A DNA stretch of 64,000 bases from an uncultured delta proteobacterium (lineage in GTDB: Bacteria; Myxococcota_A; Polyangia; Fen-1088). The number at the start of each line of letters is the position of its first letter. Positions within the stretch are counted from its first letter, which is position 1. Both the position numbers and the translations under genes were made by a program. The notes beneath the pieces are model-generated. The model saw only the letters and a program-made list of their open reading frames with translations, was not told the DNA's origin and did not search any database. Shown here in pieces: positions 1 to 13,422 of the stretch. Location: positions 608,001 to 672,000 of the forward strand of contig CAVYGB010000010.1 of NCBI GenBank assembly GCA_963767925.1, given 5' to 3'.

Positions 1-566
1 TAAAGAGCTTCTTGCGGGCCTTCCCCCAGGTCAACGTGCACCTGGAATACCGGCGCACCGATCAGATCTACGAGGCCTGCCTGGCCGGCGAGATCGATCT
101 CGGCATCGTCGCCTTGCCCCGCCCGCGGCCCCAGCTCGAGGTAATGCCCCTGCGGGGGGACGAGCTGGTGCTGGCCCTGGCCCCCGACGACCCGCTGGCC
201 CGTGGCCCCCGCCCCAGCCTGCGCGCTCTGCAGGGTCGAGCCTTCATCGCCTTCGATCGGGACATCCCCACCCGGCGCCTGATCGACACGAGCTTGCGCC
301 GGCTCGGGGTTGCCCCCCGGCCGGTGATGGAGCTCGACAACATCGAGACCATCAAGCGATCGGTGGAGGCGGGCCTGGGCCTGTCGTTGCTGCCGCGGCC
401 CGCGCTGGTCAACGAGGTGCGGGCCCGCACGCTGGTGGCGCGGGTGCCGCGCGAGGGAGCCATCCCCCGCTCGATCGGGGTGATCCGCCGCCGCCGGCGT
501 GAGCTGGCCCCCGCCGGCCAGGCCTTCCTCGAGCGGCTGGCCGCCGAGCTGGGGGCCCCCGGATGA
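1..566 (+). CDS. LysR-family transcriptional regulator, C-terminal substrate-binding domain (5' end outside window)
   Basis: Frame open to the window edge; FPQVNVHLE, GEIDLGIV, ELDNIETIKRSVEAGLGLSLLP typical of LysR substrate domains. Confidence 0.9.
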   Translation, partial: KSFLRAFPQVNVHLEYRRTDQIYEACLAGEIDLGIVALPRPRPQLEVMPLRGDELVLALAPDDPLARGPRPSLRALQGRAFIAFDRDIPTRRLIDTSLRRLGVAPRPVMELDNIETIKRSVEAGLGLSLLPRPALVNEVRARTLVARVPREGAIPRSIGVIRRRRRELAPAGQAFLERLAAELGAPG

Positions 567-601
567 TTGCGCCGCCGGCGCAGGCTAGGTAGCTTTCCCA
601 C

Positions 602-2773
602 ATGCGGCGAACGCTCCCGATCTGCGCTTCCTGGCCTCTCGTCCTCCTGGCGTGTGCTACCCCCAATCCCGATATGTCCGCGCCCCCCACCCCGACCGGA
701 ACCGAGACCGCCGCTGGCGCCCCCGCCGCTCCGCCGGCCGAGCCCGCCGCCCAGAACGGCGGCGAGGACAGCTTTCTGTGGCTCGAGGAGGTGTCCGGCG
801 AGCGGGCCCTGACCTGGGTCAAGGGCCAGAACGAGCGCTCGCTCAAGGAGCTGGCCACCGAGGAGCAGATCGCCCTCAAGGGGCGGCTGCTCTCGATCTA
901 CGACTCGAAGGCCCGCATCCCCTACGTCACCAAGCGGGGCAAGCTGCTGTACAACTTCTGGCGCGACGAGAAACACGTGCGGGGCCTCCTGCGGCGGACC
1001 ACCCTGGCCGGCTACCGCAAGAAGGATCCCCCCTGGGAGACCGTGCTCGACGTCGACGCCCTCGCCGAGAAGGAGAAGGAGAACTGGGTCTACCAGGGCA
1101 GCACCTGCCTGCGCCCGAAGTACGAGCGCTGCCTGGTGTCGCTGTCTCGCGGGGGCGGCGACGCGGTCGTGGTGCGGGAGTTCGACACCAGCAAGAAGGC
1201 CTTCGTCGAGGGCGGCTTCACCTTGCCCGAGGCCAAGTCGCAGGTCTCCTGGAAGGACGAGGACACCCTCTTCGTGGGGACCGACTTCGGCCCCGGGTCG
1301 CTCACCAGCTCGGGTTACCCCCGTATCGCCAAGGAGTGGAAACGCGGCACCCCCCTGGCGGAGGCCCGCGTCCTCTTCGAGGGCGAGGACAGCGACGTGG
1401 CGGTGGGCGGCGGCCGGGACTGGCACCAGGGGCGCTTCCTCGACGTCATCGAGCGCTCGATCGGCTTTTACGAGGGTGAGACCTTCCTGCTCGAGGAGGG
1501 CAAGCCGGTCAAGCTCGACCGGCCCCGCGACGCCAACGTGTCGTTCTTCGCCGACTTCCTGCTGCTGCAGCTCCGCAGCGACTGGACGGTGGGCGGCAAG
1601 ACCTGGCCGGCGGGGGCCCTGCTGGCCGCCGATCTGAAGAGCTACCGGGCGGGCAACCGCGACATGCACCTGCTGTACGAGCCGGGCAAGAACCACTCGC
1701 TGTCCAGCTACTCGGGCACCCGCAACGCCCTCCTGCTCAACGTGCTCGAGGACGTGCACACCCAGATCCGGCTGGTCCGCCACGAGAAGGGCAAGTTCAC
1801 GACGAAGACCTTGCCCGTGCCGGGGCTGGGCAACTACAGCGTCTCGGCCTTCGACGACGACGAGGACGACCGCTACTGGTTCGGGGTGAGCGACTTTCTC
1901 GAGCCGGCCCGGATCGAGCTGGGGGACCTCAAGACCAGCAAGCGCGAGCCCCTCAAGTCGGAGCCGACCTTCTTCAAGGCCGACGGGCTGCAGGCCCAGC
2001 AGTTTTTCACCGAGTCGCGCGACGGCACCCGCATCCCCTACTTCCAGGTGGCGCGCAAGGACCTCACCCTCGACGGCAGCCACCCCGTGCTGCTGACCGG
2101 GTACGGCGGCTTCGAGGTGCCGGTGTTGCCCCGCTACGACGCCAGCGTGGGCGCGGCCTGGCTGGAGCAGGGGGGCGTCTACGTGGTGGCCAACATCCGG
2201 GGCGGCGGGGAATATGGCCCCGCCTGGCACCAGGCCGGCACCAAGCACAACCGGCAGCGGGTCTACGACGACTTCATCGCGGTGGCCGAGGACCTCATCC
2301 GGCGCAAGGTGACCCAGCCCCGCCGGCTGGGGATCGAGGGCGGCTCCAACGGCGGCCTGCTGACCGGGGTGATGCTCACCCAGCGGCCCGACCTGTGGGG
2401 GGCGGTTGTCTGCTCGGTCCCCCTGCTGGACATGAAGCGCTACCACAAGCTGCTGGCGGGCGCCTCCTGGATGGACGAATACGGCGACCCCGACAAGCCC
2501 GAGGACTGGGCGGCGATCGCCAAATATTCGCCCTACCAGAACGTCAAGAAGGACGCCAAGTACCCGTCGATCCTCTTTACCACCTCCACCCGCGACGACC
2601 GGGTCCACCCCGGCCACGCCCGCAAGATGGTGGCCCGCATGCTCGAGCTCGGGCACGACGTCCTCTACTTCGAGAACGTCGAGGGGGGCCACGCCGGGGC
2701 GGCCAACAACCCCCAGCGCGCCAACCTCAACGCCCTCGAGTTCATCTATCTGAAGCAGCAGCTCATGAAGTGA
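602..2773 (+). CDS. Prolyl oligopeptidase (S9A), predicted lipoprotein
   Basis: GGSNGG nucleophile motif, DDRVHPGHARK, GGHAG; lipobox LLAC. Confidence 0.95.
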   Translation: MRRTLPICASWPLVLLACATPNPDMSAPPTPTGTETAAGAPAAPPAEPAAQNGGEDSFLWLEEVSGERALTWVKGQNERSLKELATEEQIALKGRLLSIYDSKARIPYVTKRGKLLYNFWRDEKHVRGLLRRTTLAGYRKKDPPWETVLDVDALAEKEKENWVYQGSTCLRPKYERCLVSLSRGGGDAVVVREFDTSKKAFVEGGFTLPEAKSQVSWKDEDTLFVGTDFGPGSLTSSGYPRIAKEWKRGTPLAEARVLFEGEDSDVAVGGGRDWHQGRFLDVIERSIGFYEGETFLLEEGKPVKLDRPRDANVSFFADFLLLQLRSDWTVGGKTWPAGALLAADLKSYRAGNRDMHLLYEPGKNHSLSSYSGTRNALLLNVLEDVHTQIRLVRHEKGKFTTKTLPVPGLGNYSVSAFDDDEDDRYWFGVSDFLEPARIELGDLKTSKREPLKSEPTFFKADGLQAQQFFTESRDGTRIPYFQVARKDLTLDGSHPVLLTGYGGFEVPVLPRYDASVGAAWLEQGGVYVVANIRGGGEYGPAWHQAGTKHNRQRVYDDFIAVAEDLIRRKVTQPRRLGIEGGSNGGLLTGVMLTQRPDLWGAVVCSVPLLDMKRYHKLLAGASWMDEYGDPDKPEDWAAIAKYSPYQNVKKDAKYPSILFTTSTRDDRVHPGHARKMVARMLELGHDVLYFENVEGGHAGAANNPQRANLNALEFIYLKQQLMK

Positions 2774-2795
2774 CCCCCGCCCGGGAGGCACGCCG

Positions 2796-3911
<1,116 letters not shown>

Positions 3912-3920
3912 GAAGAGGGC

Positions 3921-5865
<1,945 letters not shown>

Positions 5866-5869
<4 letters not shown>

Positions 5870-6669
5870 GGCGGCTCGGCCTGGCCCTCGGCCTGCTGCT
5901 CTACCTGGCCTTCACCCTGCTGCCCATCCTCTGGATGGTGAACATGAGCCTGCGCAGCAACGAGGCCATCGTGAGCCGGTTCGCCTGGCTGCCCGAGTCG
6001 TTCTCGCTGGAGAACTTCCGCACCATCTTCACCGATGCGAGCTGGTACGACGGCTACCTCAACTCGATCCTCTACGTCGTCCTCAACACCGTGCTGTCGC
6101 TGCTGGTGGCCCTGCCCGCGGCCTACGCCTTCTCCCGCTACTCGTTCCTGGGCGACAGGCACCTCTTCTTCTGGCTGCTCACCAACCGGATGACCCCCCC
6201 GGCCGTCTTCCTGCTCCCGTTTTTCCAGCTTTACACGACGGTCGGATTGATGGACACCCATCTGGCGGTGGCGCTCGCCCACATGGTGTTCAACGTGCCC
6301 CTGGCGGTCTGGATCCTGGAGGGGTTCATGTCTGGCATCCCGCGCGAGATCGACGAGACCGCCTGCATCGACGGCTACCGCTTCCCGAAGTTCTTCCTGA
6401 AGATCTTCCTGCCCCTCATCAAGACCGGAGTGGGGGTCACCGCCTTCTTCTGCTTCATGTTCAGCTGGGTCGAGCTGCTGCTGGCCCGCACCTTGACCTC
6501 GGTCGACGCCAAGCCGATCGCCGCCACGATGACTCGCACCGTCTCGGCCGCCGGGATGGACTGGGGGACCCTGGCGGCGGCGGGGGTGCTCACCATCGTG
6601 CCCGGCGCGGTGGTCATTTACTTCGTCCGGCACTACATCGCCAAGGGCTTCGCCATGGGGCGCCTGTGA
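5866..6669 (+). CDS. glpQ: Carbohydrate ABC permease
   Basis: GTGA overlap; FFWLLTNRM, REIDETACIDG, YIAKGFAMGRL. Confidence 0.85.
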
Positions 6670-6729
6670 GCCCGGCGGTCACCGTCGCCGTCGCCGCCCC
6701 CGCCCCCGCCCGGAAGGGAGCGCGCTGAC

Positions 6730-7005
6730 GTGTTCGCCTGGATGGCCTGGACCCGACCGGTGGCGCTGTTCTTCGGCGGGCTCGCCCTGCTGCTGCTGGG
6801 GATGGCGATCTGGGAGGTGCGCGCCCCCACCCGGCCGCGGCGGGGCCTGCTGCCGCTCGAGACAACCCGCGGCGACCGCCTCTTCATCGGCCTGCTGGCC
6901 GCGGCCTACTTCAACCTGGCCTGGATCGGGATCAGCGACCTCGACCCGCGTTTCGGCGCCGGCCTGAGCGTCCTGCTGATCGTCTTCGTGATGCGCTGGG
7001 GCTGA
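6730..7005 (+). CDS. glpU: Small membrane protein, DUF2160-like
   Basis: WMAWT...ETTRGDRLFIGLL motif; lies between permease and binding protein. Confidence 0.8.
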   Translation: MFAWMAWTRPVALFFGGLALLLLGMAIWEVRAPTRPRRGLLPLETTRGDRLFIGLLAAAYFNLAWIGISDLDPRFGAGLSVLLIVFVMRWG

Positions 7006-7026
7006 GCCCCGAGACAAGGAGAGCAG

Positions 7027-8796
7027 ATGCCATCGACCCGAGCCCCCCGCCCCTCCTCCCGCCGGGCCCCCGCCCGCGCCGGCCTCCTGCTGGCCGCCTG
7101 CGCCTTCACCCTGCCGGCCGCCGCCCGGGCCGACCTGGCCGCCGCCGAGCGCTGGGTGAGCACGGAGCTGCAGCCCTCCTCGCTGAGCAAGGCCCAGCAG
7201 CTCGAGGAGCTGAAGTGGTTCATCCAGGCGGCCGACAAGCTGCGGGCCCGCGGAGTGCGCGAGATCAGCGTTGTGTCGGAGACCATCACCACCCACGAAT
7301 ACGAGGCCAAGACGCTGGCCCGGGCCTTCGCGGAGATCACCGGCATCAAGGTCAAACACGACCTCATCCAGGAAGGGGACGTTGTCGAGAAGCTGCAGAC
7401 CTCGATGCAGTCGGGCCGGTCGATCTACGACGGCTGGATCTCCGACTCCGACCTGATCGGCACCCACTACCGCTACGGGGCCATCTTGCCCCTGTCCGAC
7501 TACATGGCCGGCCCCGGCAAGGACTTCACCAACCCCGGGCTCGATCTGCCCGACTTCATCGGCCGGCGCTTCACCACCGCCCCCGACGGCAAGCTGTACC
7601 AGCTCCCCGACCAGCAGTTCGCGAACCTGTACTGGTTCCGGGCCGACTGGTTCGCCCGCAAGGACCTGCAGGAGCGCTTCCGCAAGAAATACGGCTACGA
7701 CCTCGGCGTGCCCCTCAACTGGTCGGCCTACGAGGACATCGCCGACTTCTTCAGCAACGAGGTCAAGGAGCTGGACGGCCGCAAGGTCTACGGCCACATG
7801 GACTACGGCAAGAAGGACCCCTCGCTGGGCTGGCGCTTCACCGACGCCTGGCTGTCGATGGCCGGCACCGCCGATCGGGGCATCCCCAACGGCCTGCCGG
7901 TCGACGAGTGGGGGATCCGGGTGGCCGACGATCGCTGCACCCCGGTGGGGGCCTCGGTCGAGCGGGGCGGCGCCGCCAACAGCCCGGCCGCGGTGTACGC
8001 CCTCGAGAAGTACATCGGCTGGATGAAGAAATACGCCCCGCCCCAGGCCACCGGCATGACCTTCTCCGAGGCCGGCCCGGTGCCGGCGCAGGGGCAGATC
8101 GCCCAGCAGATCTTCTGGTACACCGCCTTCACCGCGGCGATGACGAAGAAGGGGCTGCCGGTGGTCAACGAGGACGGCACCCCCAAGTGGCGCATGGCCC
8201 CCTCGCCCTACGGACCGTACTGGAAAGACGGCATGCAGAACGGCTACCAGGACGTCGGCTCCTGGACCTTCTTCCGCGCGACCCCGCCCGACCGGCTGGC
8301 CGCCGCCTGGCTGTACGCCCAGTTCGTCACCTCGAAGACCGTGTCGCTGAAAAAGTCGATCGTGGGGCTGACCTTCGTGCGCGACAGCGACATCCGCCAC
8401 GACTACTTCACGAAGAACGCCGCCCGCTACGGGGGGCTCATCGAGTTCTACCGGAGCCCCGCCCGGGTGGCCTGGACCCCCACCGGCGGCAACGTGCCCG
8501 ACTACCCCAAGCTGGCCCAGCTCTGGTGGAAGAACGTGGCCACCGCGGTGACCGGGGAGAAGACGCCCCAGGCGGCGATGGATAGCCTGGCCCAGGAGAT
8601 GGACCAGGTGCTGGCCCGCCTGCAGCGGGCCGGGATGAAGGCCTGCTCGCCAAAGCTGAACCCGCGCGGCGAGGCCGCCAAATTTCTGACGGATGGGGCC
8701 GCCCCCTGGAAAAAGCTGGCCAACGAAAAGCCCGCCGGCCAGACCATCCCCTACGACAAGCTGCTTTCGGCCTGGAAAGAAGGGCGCGTGCGCTGA
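7027..8796 (+). CDS. glpV: ABC substrate-binding protein, glycerol type
   Basis: Signal peptide; VVSETITTHEYE, GHMDYGKKDPSLGWRFTDAWLSMAG, NVPDYPKLAQLWW. Confidence 0.88.
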   Translation: MPSTRAPRPSSRRAPARAGLLLAACAFTLPAAARADLAAAERWVSTELQPSSLSKAQQLEELKWFIQAADKLRARGVREISVVSETITTHEYEAKTLARAFAEITGIKVKHDLIQEGDVVEKLQTSMQSGRSIYDGWISDSDLIGTHYRYGAILPLSDYMAGPGKDFTNPGLDLPDFIGRRFTTAPDGKLYQLPDQQFANLYWFRADWFARKDLQERFRKKYGYDLGVPLNWSAYEDIADFFSNEVKELDGRKVYGHMDYGKKDPSLGWRFTDAWLSMAGTADRGIPNGLPVDEWGIRVADDRCTPVGASVERGGAANSPAAVYALEKYIGWMKKYAPPQATGMTFSEAGPVPAQGQIAQQIFWYTAFTAAMTKKGLPVVNEDGTPKWRMAPSPYGPYWKDGMQNGYQDVGSWTFFRATPPDRLAAAWLYAQFVTSKTVSLKKSIVGLTFVRDSDIRHDYFTKNAARYGGLIEFYRSPARVAWTPTGGNVPDYPKLAQLWWKNVATAVTGEKTPQAAMDSLAQEMDQVLARLQRAGMKACSPKLNPRGEAAKFLTDGAAPWKKLANEKPAGQTIPYDKLLSAWKEGRVR

Positions 8797-8964
8797 AGAC
8801 GAGGTGGGCGACGTTACCGTTCCGCGCGCGCCCGGCACCGGTCTGAAACGCAAAGCCGCCGGAAACCGCGGCAATCGAGGGCCCGGGCCCGCCGTCCCGC
8901 CATCTGCCCCTCTTGGCACGAGAGGTGAAGTGCTCCGGGTCGTGGGTAGGTTGGGATGGGGCGA

Positions 8965-9116
8965 TCGACGGCGGTGACCCGGTAAGGTTTGTGGTGCTGG
9001 CGCCAAGGGTGGCGGTGGTGGGTGCAGTGGCGGGTAGGTCGAGGTTGTGGGACGCGCTCGAGCTGCAGATCAGGCCGCGCCAGCTGGAAGGGTTGGGATC
9101 GGGTCACCGCCGTCGA
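8965..9116. repeat. 17-bp perfect inverted repeat enclosing a G/T-rich spacer
   Basis: TCGACGGCGGTGACCCG (8965-8981) and CGGGTCACCGCCGTCGA (9100-9116). Confidence 0.8.
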
Positions 9117-9230
9117 CGTGGATTTGTTCCCGGATAAATACGGCCCTACGCTGCTCGATCGCAAGCGGTTGATCCGCCGGTCCGCTTCTCCGGTATGCTG
9201 CGCCCCAGGCGCAGAGCCGAGAGGGACCAC

Positions 9231-10829
9231 ATGCCCATCAGTCGCAGAGAGCTGACCGTCGGGTGCGGAGCAGGCGCCCTGGCCTGGGCGAGCGGAGGCT
9301 GGTCCGCCGGCCCCCGGCTGGCCCGGCCCGCCGCCGCCGCCGAGATGCCGATCGACGCCATCAAGGAGCTGGCCGCCTTCGCCCTGGAGCGGGCCCGCGC
9401 CGCCAAGGCCGAATACGCGGACATCCGCATCAACCGCTACCGCAGCCAGGTGGTGGCGATGCGCTCGGAGCCGGATCGGGGCAGCGGGAAGCTCAACCAC
9501 GTCCCCTCCGTCTCCGACAACGAGAGCTTCGGCTTCGGGGTGCGGGTGCTGGCCCGGGGGGCCTGGGGCTTCGCCGCCTCGCCCCTGGTGACGAAGAAGG
9601 ACGTCGCCGCCGCGGTCAAGGAGGCGGTGGCCATCGCCCAGGCCCACGCCCCCATGCGCCGGTCGCCCATCAAGCTCGCCCCGGTGAAGGCCCAGCAGGG
9701 CGTCTACCGGACCAAGGTGGCCAAGGACCCCTTCTCGATCGCCCTGCCCGAGAAGCTCGAGCTGCTGCAGGCGATCAACCAGGAGGTCAAGAAGGTCAAG
9801 GGCGTCTTCTCCGCCTCGGCGGTGATCGCCCAGCGGGTGGAGCACCGCCTCTTCGCCTCCACCGACGGCAGCGTGCTCGAGCAGCACGTCTACCAGATCT
9901 CTCCCGAGATGACCGCGGTGGCGGTCGAGAGCGGCAAGAAGAGCAAGTCCCGCACCTACCGGCCCGACGCGGTCTGCGCCGGGTTCGAGGCGGTGGACCG
10001 GGCGAAGATGCCGGGCAACGCCCGTCGCATCGGGGAAGAGGCGGTGGCCCACCTCAAGGCCCCCTCCATCGCCCCGGGCAAGAAGGACCTCGTCCTGCTG
10101 CCCACCCACCTGGGGCTGACCATCCACGAGTCGATCGGCCACTCCACCGAGCTCGACCGGGCCCTCGGGCAGGAGGCCAACTACGCCGGCACCTCCTTCC
10201 TCACCCTCGACAAGCTCGGCAAGCTCCGCATCGGGTCGGACATCGTCAACTTTCGCGGTGACCGCACCCGGCCCGAGAGCCTCTCGACCTGCGGCTGGGA
10301 CGACGACGGCGTCGCCACCACCGAGTTCCCCATCGTGGCCAAGGGGATCTTCGTGGGCTACCAGACCATCCGCGAGCAGGCCCACCTGGTGGGGGCGGAG
10401 GCCTCCACCGGCTGCTGCTACGCCGACTCCTACGCCTCGGTGCCGTTCCAGCGGATGCCCAACGTCTGGCTGGCCCCGGGGGACAAGCCGGTCTCGCTCG
10501 ACGAGCTCATCTCCGGCGTCGACAGCGGCGTGCTGATCGACGGGCGGGGCTCGTATTCCATCGACCAGCAGCGCTACAACTTCCAGTTCGGGGGCGACGC
10601 CTTCTGGGAGATCAAGGGCGGCAAGCTGGCGGGCATGGTGGCCGACGTGGCCTACCAGAGCCGCACGCCCGACTTCTGGCAGGCCTGCGACGCCCTCGGC
10701 GGCAAGGAGACCTGGCAAAATGTGGGCCTCAACGCCGACGGCAAGGGGCAGCCCCCCCAGATAAACGCCATGAGCCACGGCTGTCCCCCCACACGGTTCC
10801 GGCAGATCAACGTCTTGCGGACGGGGTGA
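9231..10829 (+). CDS. tldD: TldD metalloprotease with twin-arginine signal
   Basis: SRRELTVG...PAAA N-terminus; HESIGH, FQRMPNV, SHGCP motifs. Confidence 0.9.
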   Translation: MPISRRELTVGCGAGALAWASGGWSAGPRLARPAAAAEMPIDAIKELAAFALERARAAKAEYADIRINRYRSQVVAMRSEPDRGSGKLNHVPSVSDNESFGFGVRVLARGAWGFAASPLVTKKDVAAAVKEAVAIAQAHAPMRRSPIKLAPVKAQQGVYRTKVAKDPFSIALPEKLELLQAINQEVKKVKGVFSASAVIAQRVEHRLFASTDGSVLEQHVYQISPEMTAVAVESGKKSKSRTYRPDAVCAGFEAVDRAKMPGNARRIGEEAVAHLKAPSIAPGKKDLVLLPTHLGLTIHESIGHSTELDRALGQEANYAGTSFLTLDKLGKLRIGSDIVNFRGDRTRPESLSTCGWDDDGVATTEFPIVAKGIFVGYQTIREQAHLVGAEASTGCCYADSYASVPFQRMPNVWLAPGDKPVSLDELISGVDSGVLIDGRGSYSIDQQRYNFQFGGDAFWEIKGGKLAGMVADVAYQSRTPDFWQACDALGGKETWQNVGLNADGKGQPPQINAMSHGCPPTRFRQINVLRTG

Positions 10830-10832
10830 ACC

Positions 10833-12146
10833 ATGAGCTGGACGGAAAAAGACGCCAGGGCCCTGGCCGCCCTCATCTTCGCGGACTCCAAGGCGCCCGA
10901 GTGCGAGCTGTCGATGCAGCGCTGGCAATCCTCGTTCAGCCGCTTCGCCGCCAACGAGGTGACGACGGCCGGGTCGGTGCTCGACACCCGCCTGCAGATC
11001 ACCAGCCGGCGCGAGGGCAAGAGCGGCGACGCCGCCGTGAGCGACCTCAGCCCCGACAGCCTGCGGGCGGCGCTCCGCCTCAGCGAGCAACTCATGGAGC
11101 TGGCGCCCCCCGATCCGGAGTGGGTCGAGGGGCTCGAACCGCAGAAGTACCCCACCGTCGAGGGGTTCCACGGGCCCACCGCCTCGGCGGGCCCCGCCCA
11201 GCGCCTGCGGGGGGTGAAGACCGCCCTCGAGCTGGCCCGGACCGAGAAGCTGGAGGGCTCCGGCTTCTTCGAGAGCGGCGTGCAGTGGAGCGCCATCGCC
11301 AGCAAGAAGGGGAACTTCGCCTTTCACCGCAGCACGGAGGTCGGGTACTCCACCACCATGCGCACGCCCGACGGCACTGGCTCGGGGTGGGCGGGCGGCG
11401 AGGGCCCCCGGCTGTCGGACGTCGACCCGGCGGGGCTGGCCCGGCGCGCGGCCCACAAGGCCAAGGCCTCGGCCAGGCCCCGGTCCCTGCCGGCCGGCCG
11501 CTACACCGTCATCCTCGAGCCGCGGGCGGTGCAGGACCTGCTGGGCTCGCTGGCGGGCGCCCTGAGCGCCCGGCGGGCCGACGAGGGGCGCAGCTTCTTC
11601 TCCCGCCCGGGCGGGGGGAACCGCATCGGGGACAAGCTGTTCGCCGATGCCGTGACGATCCGGAGCGACCCCTTCTCCGCCAAGGTGCCGGGGCGGCCCT
11701 GGGCCGGCGAGGGGCTGCCCGCGCGGGCCACCACCTGGATCGAAAGCGGCGTGCTCAAGGCCCTCATCATGGGGCGTTACTGGGCGCGCAAGACCGAACG
11801 CGAGCCGGTGCCCTTCTCGGGCGGCCTGGTCATGGCGGGCGGCAGCGGCGGGGTGGAGGACCTGGTGGCAAAGTGCGAGCGCGGCCTGCTGGTCACGCGC
11901 TTCTGGTACATCCGCTCGGTCAACCCCCAGACCATCCAGCTCACCGGCCTGACCCGCGACGGGATCTGGCTGGTGGAGAAGGGCTCCATCGTCGCCCCGG
12001 TCAACAACCTGCGCTTCAACGAGAGCCCGGCCAACCTGCTGGTCAACATCGAGGCGCTCGGCGCCGCGGTCTCGACCGGCGACGCCGTGGTCCCCCCGAT
12101 CCTGGCCCGCGACTTCAACTTCTCGTCGGTCAGCGACGCCGTCTGA
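10833..12146 (+). CDS. tldE: TldE/PmbA partner subunit
   Basis: RFAANEV, GRYTVILEP, TRFWYIR, TGLTRDG, NNLRFNES; directly follows tldD. Confidence 0.88.
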   Translation: MSWTEKDARALAALIFADSKAPECELSMQRWQSSFSRFAANEVTTAGSVLDTRLQITSRREGKSGDAAVSDLSPDSLRAALRLSEQLMELAPPDPEWVEGLEPQKYPTVEGFHGPTASAGPAQRLRGVKTALELARTEKLEGSGFFESGVQWSAIASKKGNFAFHRSTEVGYSTTMRTPDGTGSGWAGGEGPRLSDVDPAGLARRAAHKAKASARPRSLPAGRYTVILEPRAVQDLLGSLAGALSARRADEGRSFFSRPGGGNRIGDKLFADAVTIRSDPFSAKVPGRPWAGEGLPARATTWIESGVLKALIMGRYWARKTEREPVPFSGGLVMAGGSGGVEDLVAKCERGLLVTRFWYIRSVNPQTIQLTGLTRDGIWLVEKGSIVAPVNNLRFNESPANLLVNIEALGAAVSTGDAVVPPILARDFNFSSVSDAV

Positions 12147-12180
12147 CCCCCGTTGCGCCCCACCTCGCCACATCGCGCTT

Positions 12181-12238
12181 TCCCCCTGCCCGTTCGCCCT
12201 CGCCCCGCGGTAGCGGGGAGAGGGTCGGGGTGAGGGGG
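12181..12238. repeat. REP-like palindrome, CCCTCTCCCC/GGGGAGAGGG family, copy 1
   Basis: tccccctgcccgttcgccctcgccccgcgg...ggggagagggtcggggtgagggg; near-identical to 32477-32530. Confidence 0.75.
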
Positions 12239-12243
12239 CTCCG

Positions 12244-13422
12244 GTGAGCGCCGAGCGACGCAACGTCCTCCTCCTGGCCGGCTGCCAGGCGCTGCTGCTG
12301 ACCAGCACGATCACCCTGCTGCCGATCGGGGCGCTGGCCGGGCAGCAGCTCGCCGCCAACAAGGCCCTCGCCACCCTGCCGACCACAACCGCCGTGATCG
12401 GGGCGGCGCTGGCGGCCTTCCCTGCCTCGCTGCTCATGCGGCGGGCCGGGCGGCGCCGCGGCTTTCTCACCGGGGTGGCCTTCGGCCTGGTCGGCGCGCT
12501 GGTGGCGGCGTTCGCCATCTTCACCGGGCGCTTCTGGCTGCTCTGCCTGGGGACCCTGCTGGCGGGCGTGTACAACGCCTTCGGGCAATATTACCGCTTC
12601 GCCGCCGCCGACGCCGCGCCCCCCGCCGGCCGGGCCCGGGCCATCTCCTACGTGCTGGCGGGCGGGCTGCTCGGCGGGGTCGTCGGGCCCGAGCTCAGCA
12701 AGATCACCATCGACCTCGCGCAGCCGCGCTTTCTCGTCTCGTACCTGTCGCTGGTGGTCTTCGGCCTGCTCGCCGCCGCCCTCATCAGCCGCCTGCGCAT
12801 CCCCGAGCCCCCCCTCGAGGAGGCCCAGGGAGCGGTCCGCCCGCTGCGCCAGATCGCCGCCCAGCCGGTGTTCGTCGTGGCGGCGCTGTCGGCGGCGCTC
12901 GGCTACGCGGTGATGAACCTGCTGATGACCGCCACCCCGCTGGCGATGGGTTTCTGCGGGCACGGCTACCCGGCGGCGGCCAGCGTGATCGCCGCCCACG
13001 TGGTGGCCATGTTCGCCCCCTCCTTCGTGACCGGGGGGCTGATCCAGCGCTTCGGCGTGCTCTCGGTGATCCTGGCCGGCGTGGCCCTCATGGTGGCCTG
13101 CGTGCTGGTGGCCCTCTCGGGCCAGCAGCTCGGCCACTTCTGGGGGGCGCTGATCCTGCTGGGGCTGGGCTGGAACTTCATGTACGTGGGGGGCAGCACG
13201 CTGCTGGGCGAGGCCCACCGCCCCGCCGAGAAGGCCAAGGTCCAGGGCCTCAACGAGATCCTCGTGTTCGGCGCGGTGACCGTCTCGTCCTTCTCCTCGG
13301 GGCTCCTCATCAACAGCCTGGGCTGGACCCTGCTGAACTACGCCGCCTTGCCCCTGCTCCTCCTGGCCGCCCTCGCCGCCGCCTGGCTGCGGATCAAGGG
13401 CCGCCCGGCCGCCCCTGCCTAG
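12244..13422 (+). CDS. MFS transporter
   Basis: About 12 hydrophobic segments, MRRAGRRRGF loop, YRFAAAD. Confidence 0.9.
   Translation: MSAERRNVLLLAGCQALLLTSTITLLPIGALAGQQLAANKALATLPTTTAVIGAALAAFPASLLMRRAGRRRGFLTGVAFGLVGALVAAFAIFTGRFWLLCLGTLLAGVYNAFGQYYRFAAADAAPPAGRARAISYVLAGGLLGGVVGPELSKITIDLAQPRFLVSYLSLVVFGLLAAALISRLRIPEPPLEEAQGAVRPLRQIAAQPVFVVAALSAALGYAVMNLLMTATPLAMGFCGHGYPAAASVIAAHVVAMFAPSFVTGGLIQRFGVLSVILAGVALMVACVLVALSGQQLGHFWGALILLGLGWNFMYVGGSTLLGEAHRPAEKAKVQGLNEILVFGAVTVSSFSSGLLINSLGWTLLNYAALPLLLLAALAAAWLRIKGRPAAPA

Noticed and set aside
8913..8929. TTGGCACGAGAGGTGAA as a sigma54 promoter for tldD
   Set aside because: Good -24 element but the -12 GC is missing
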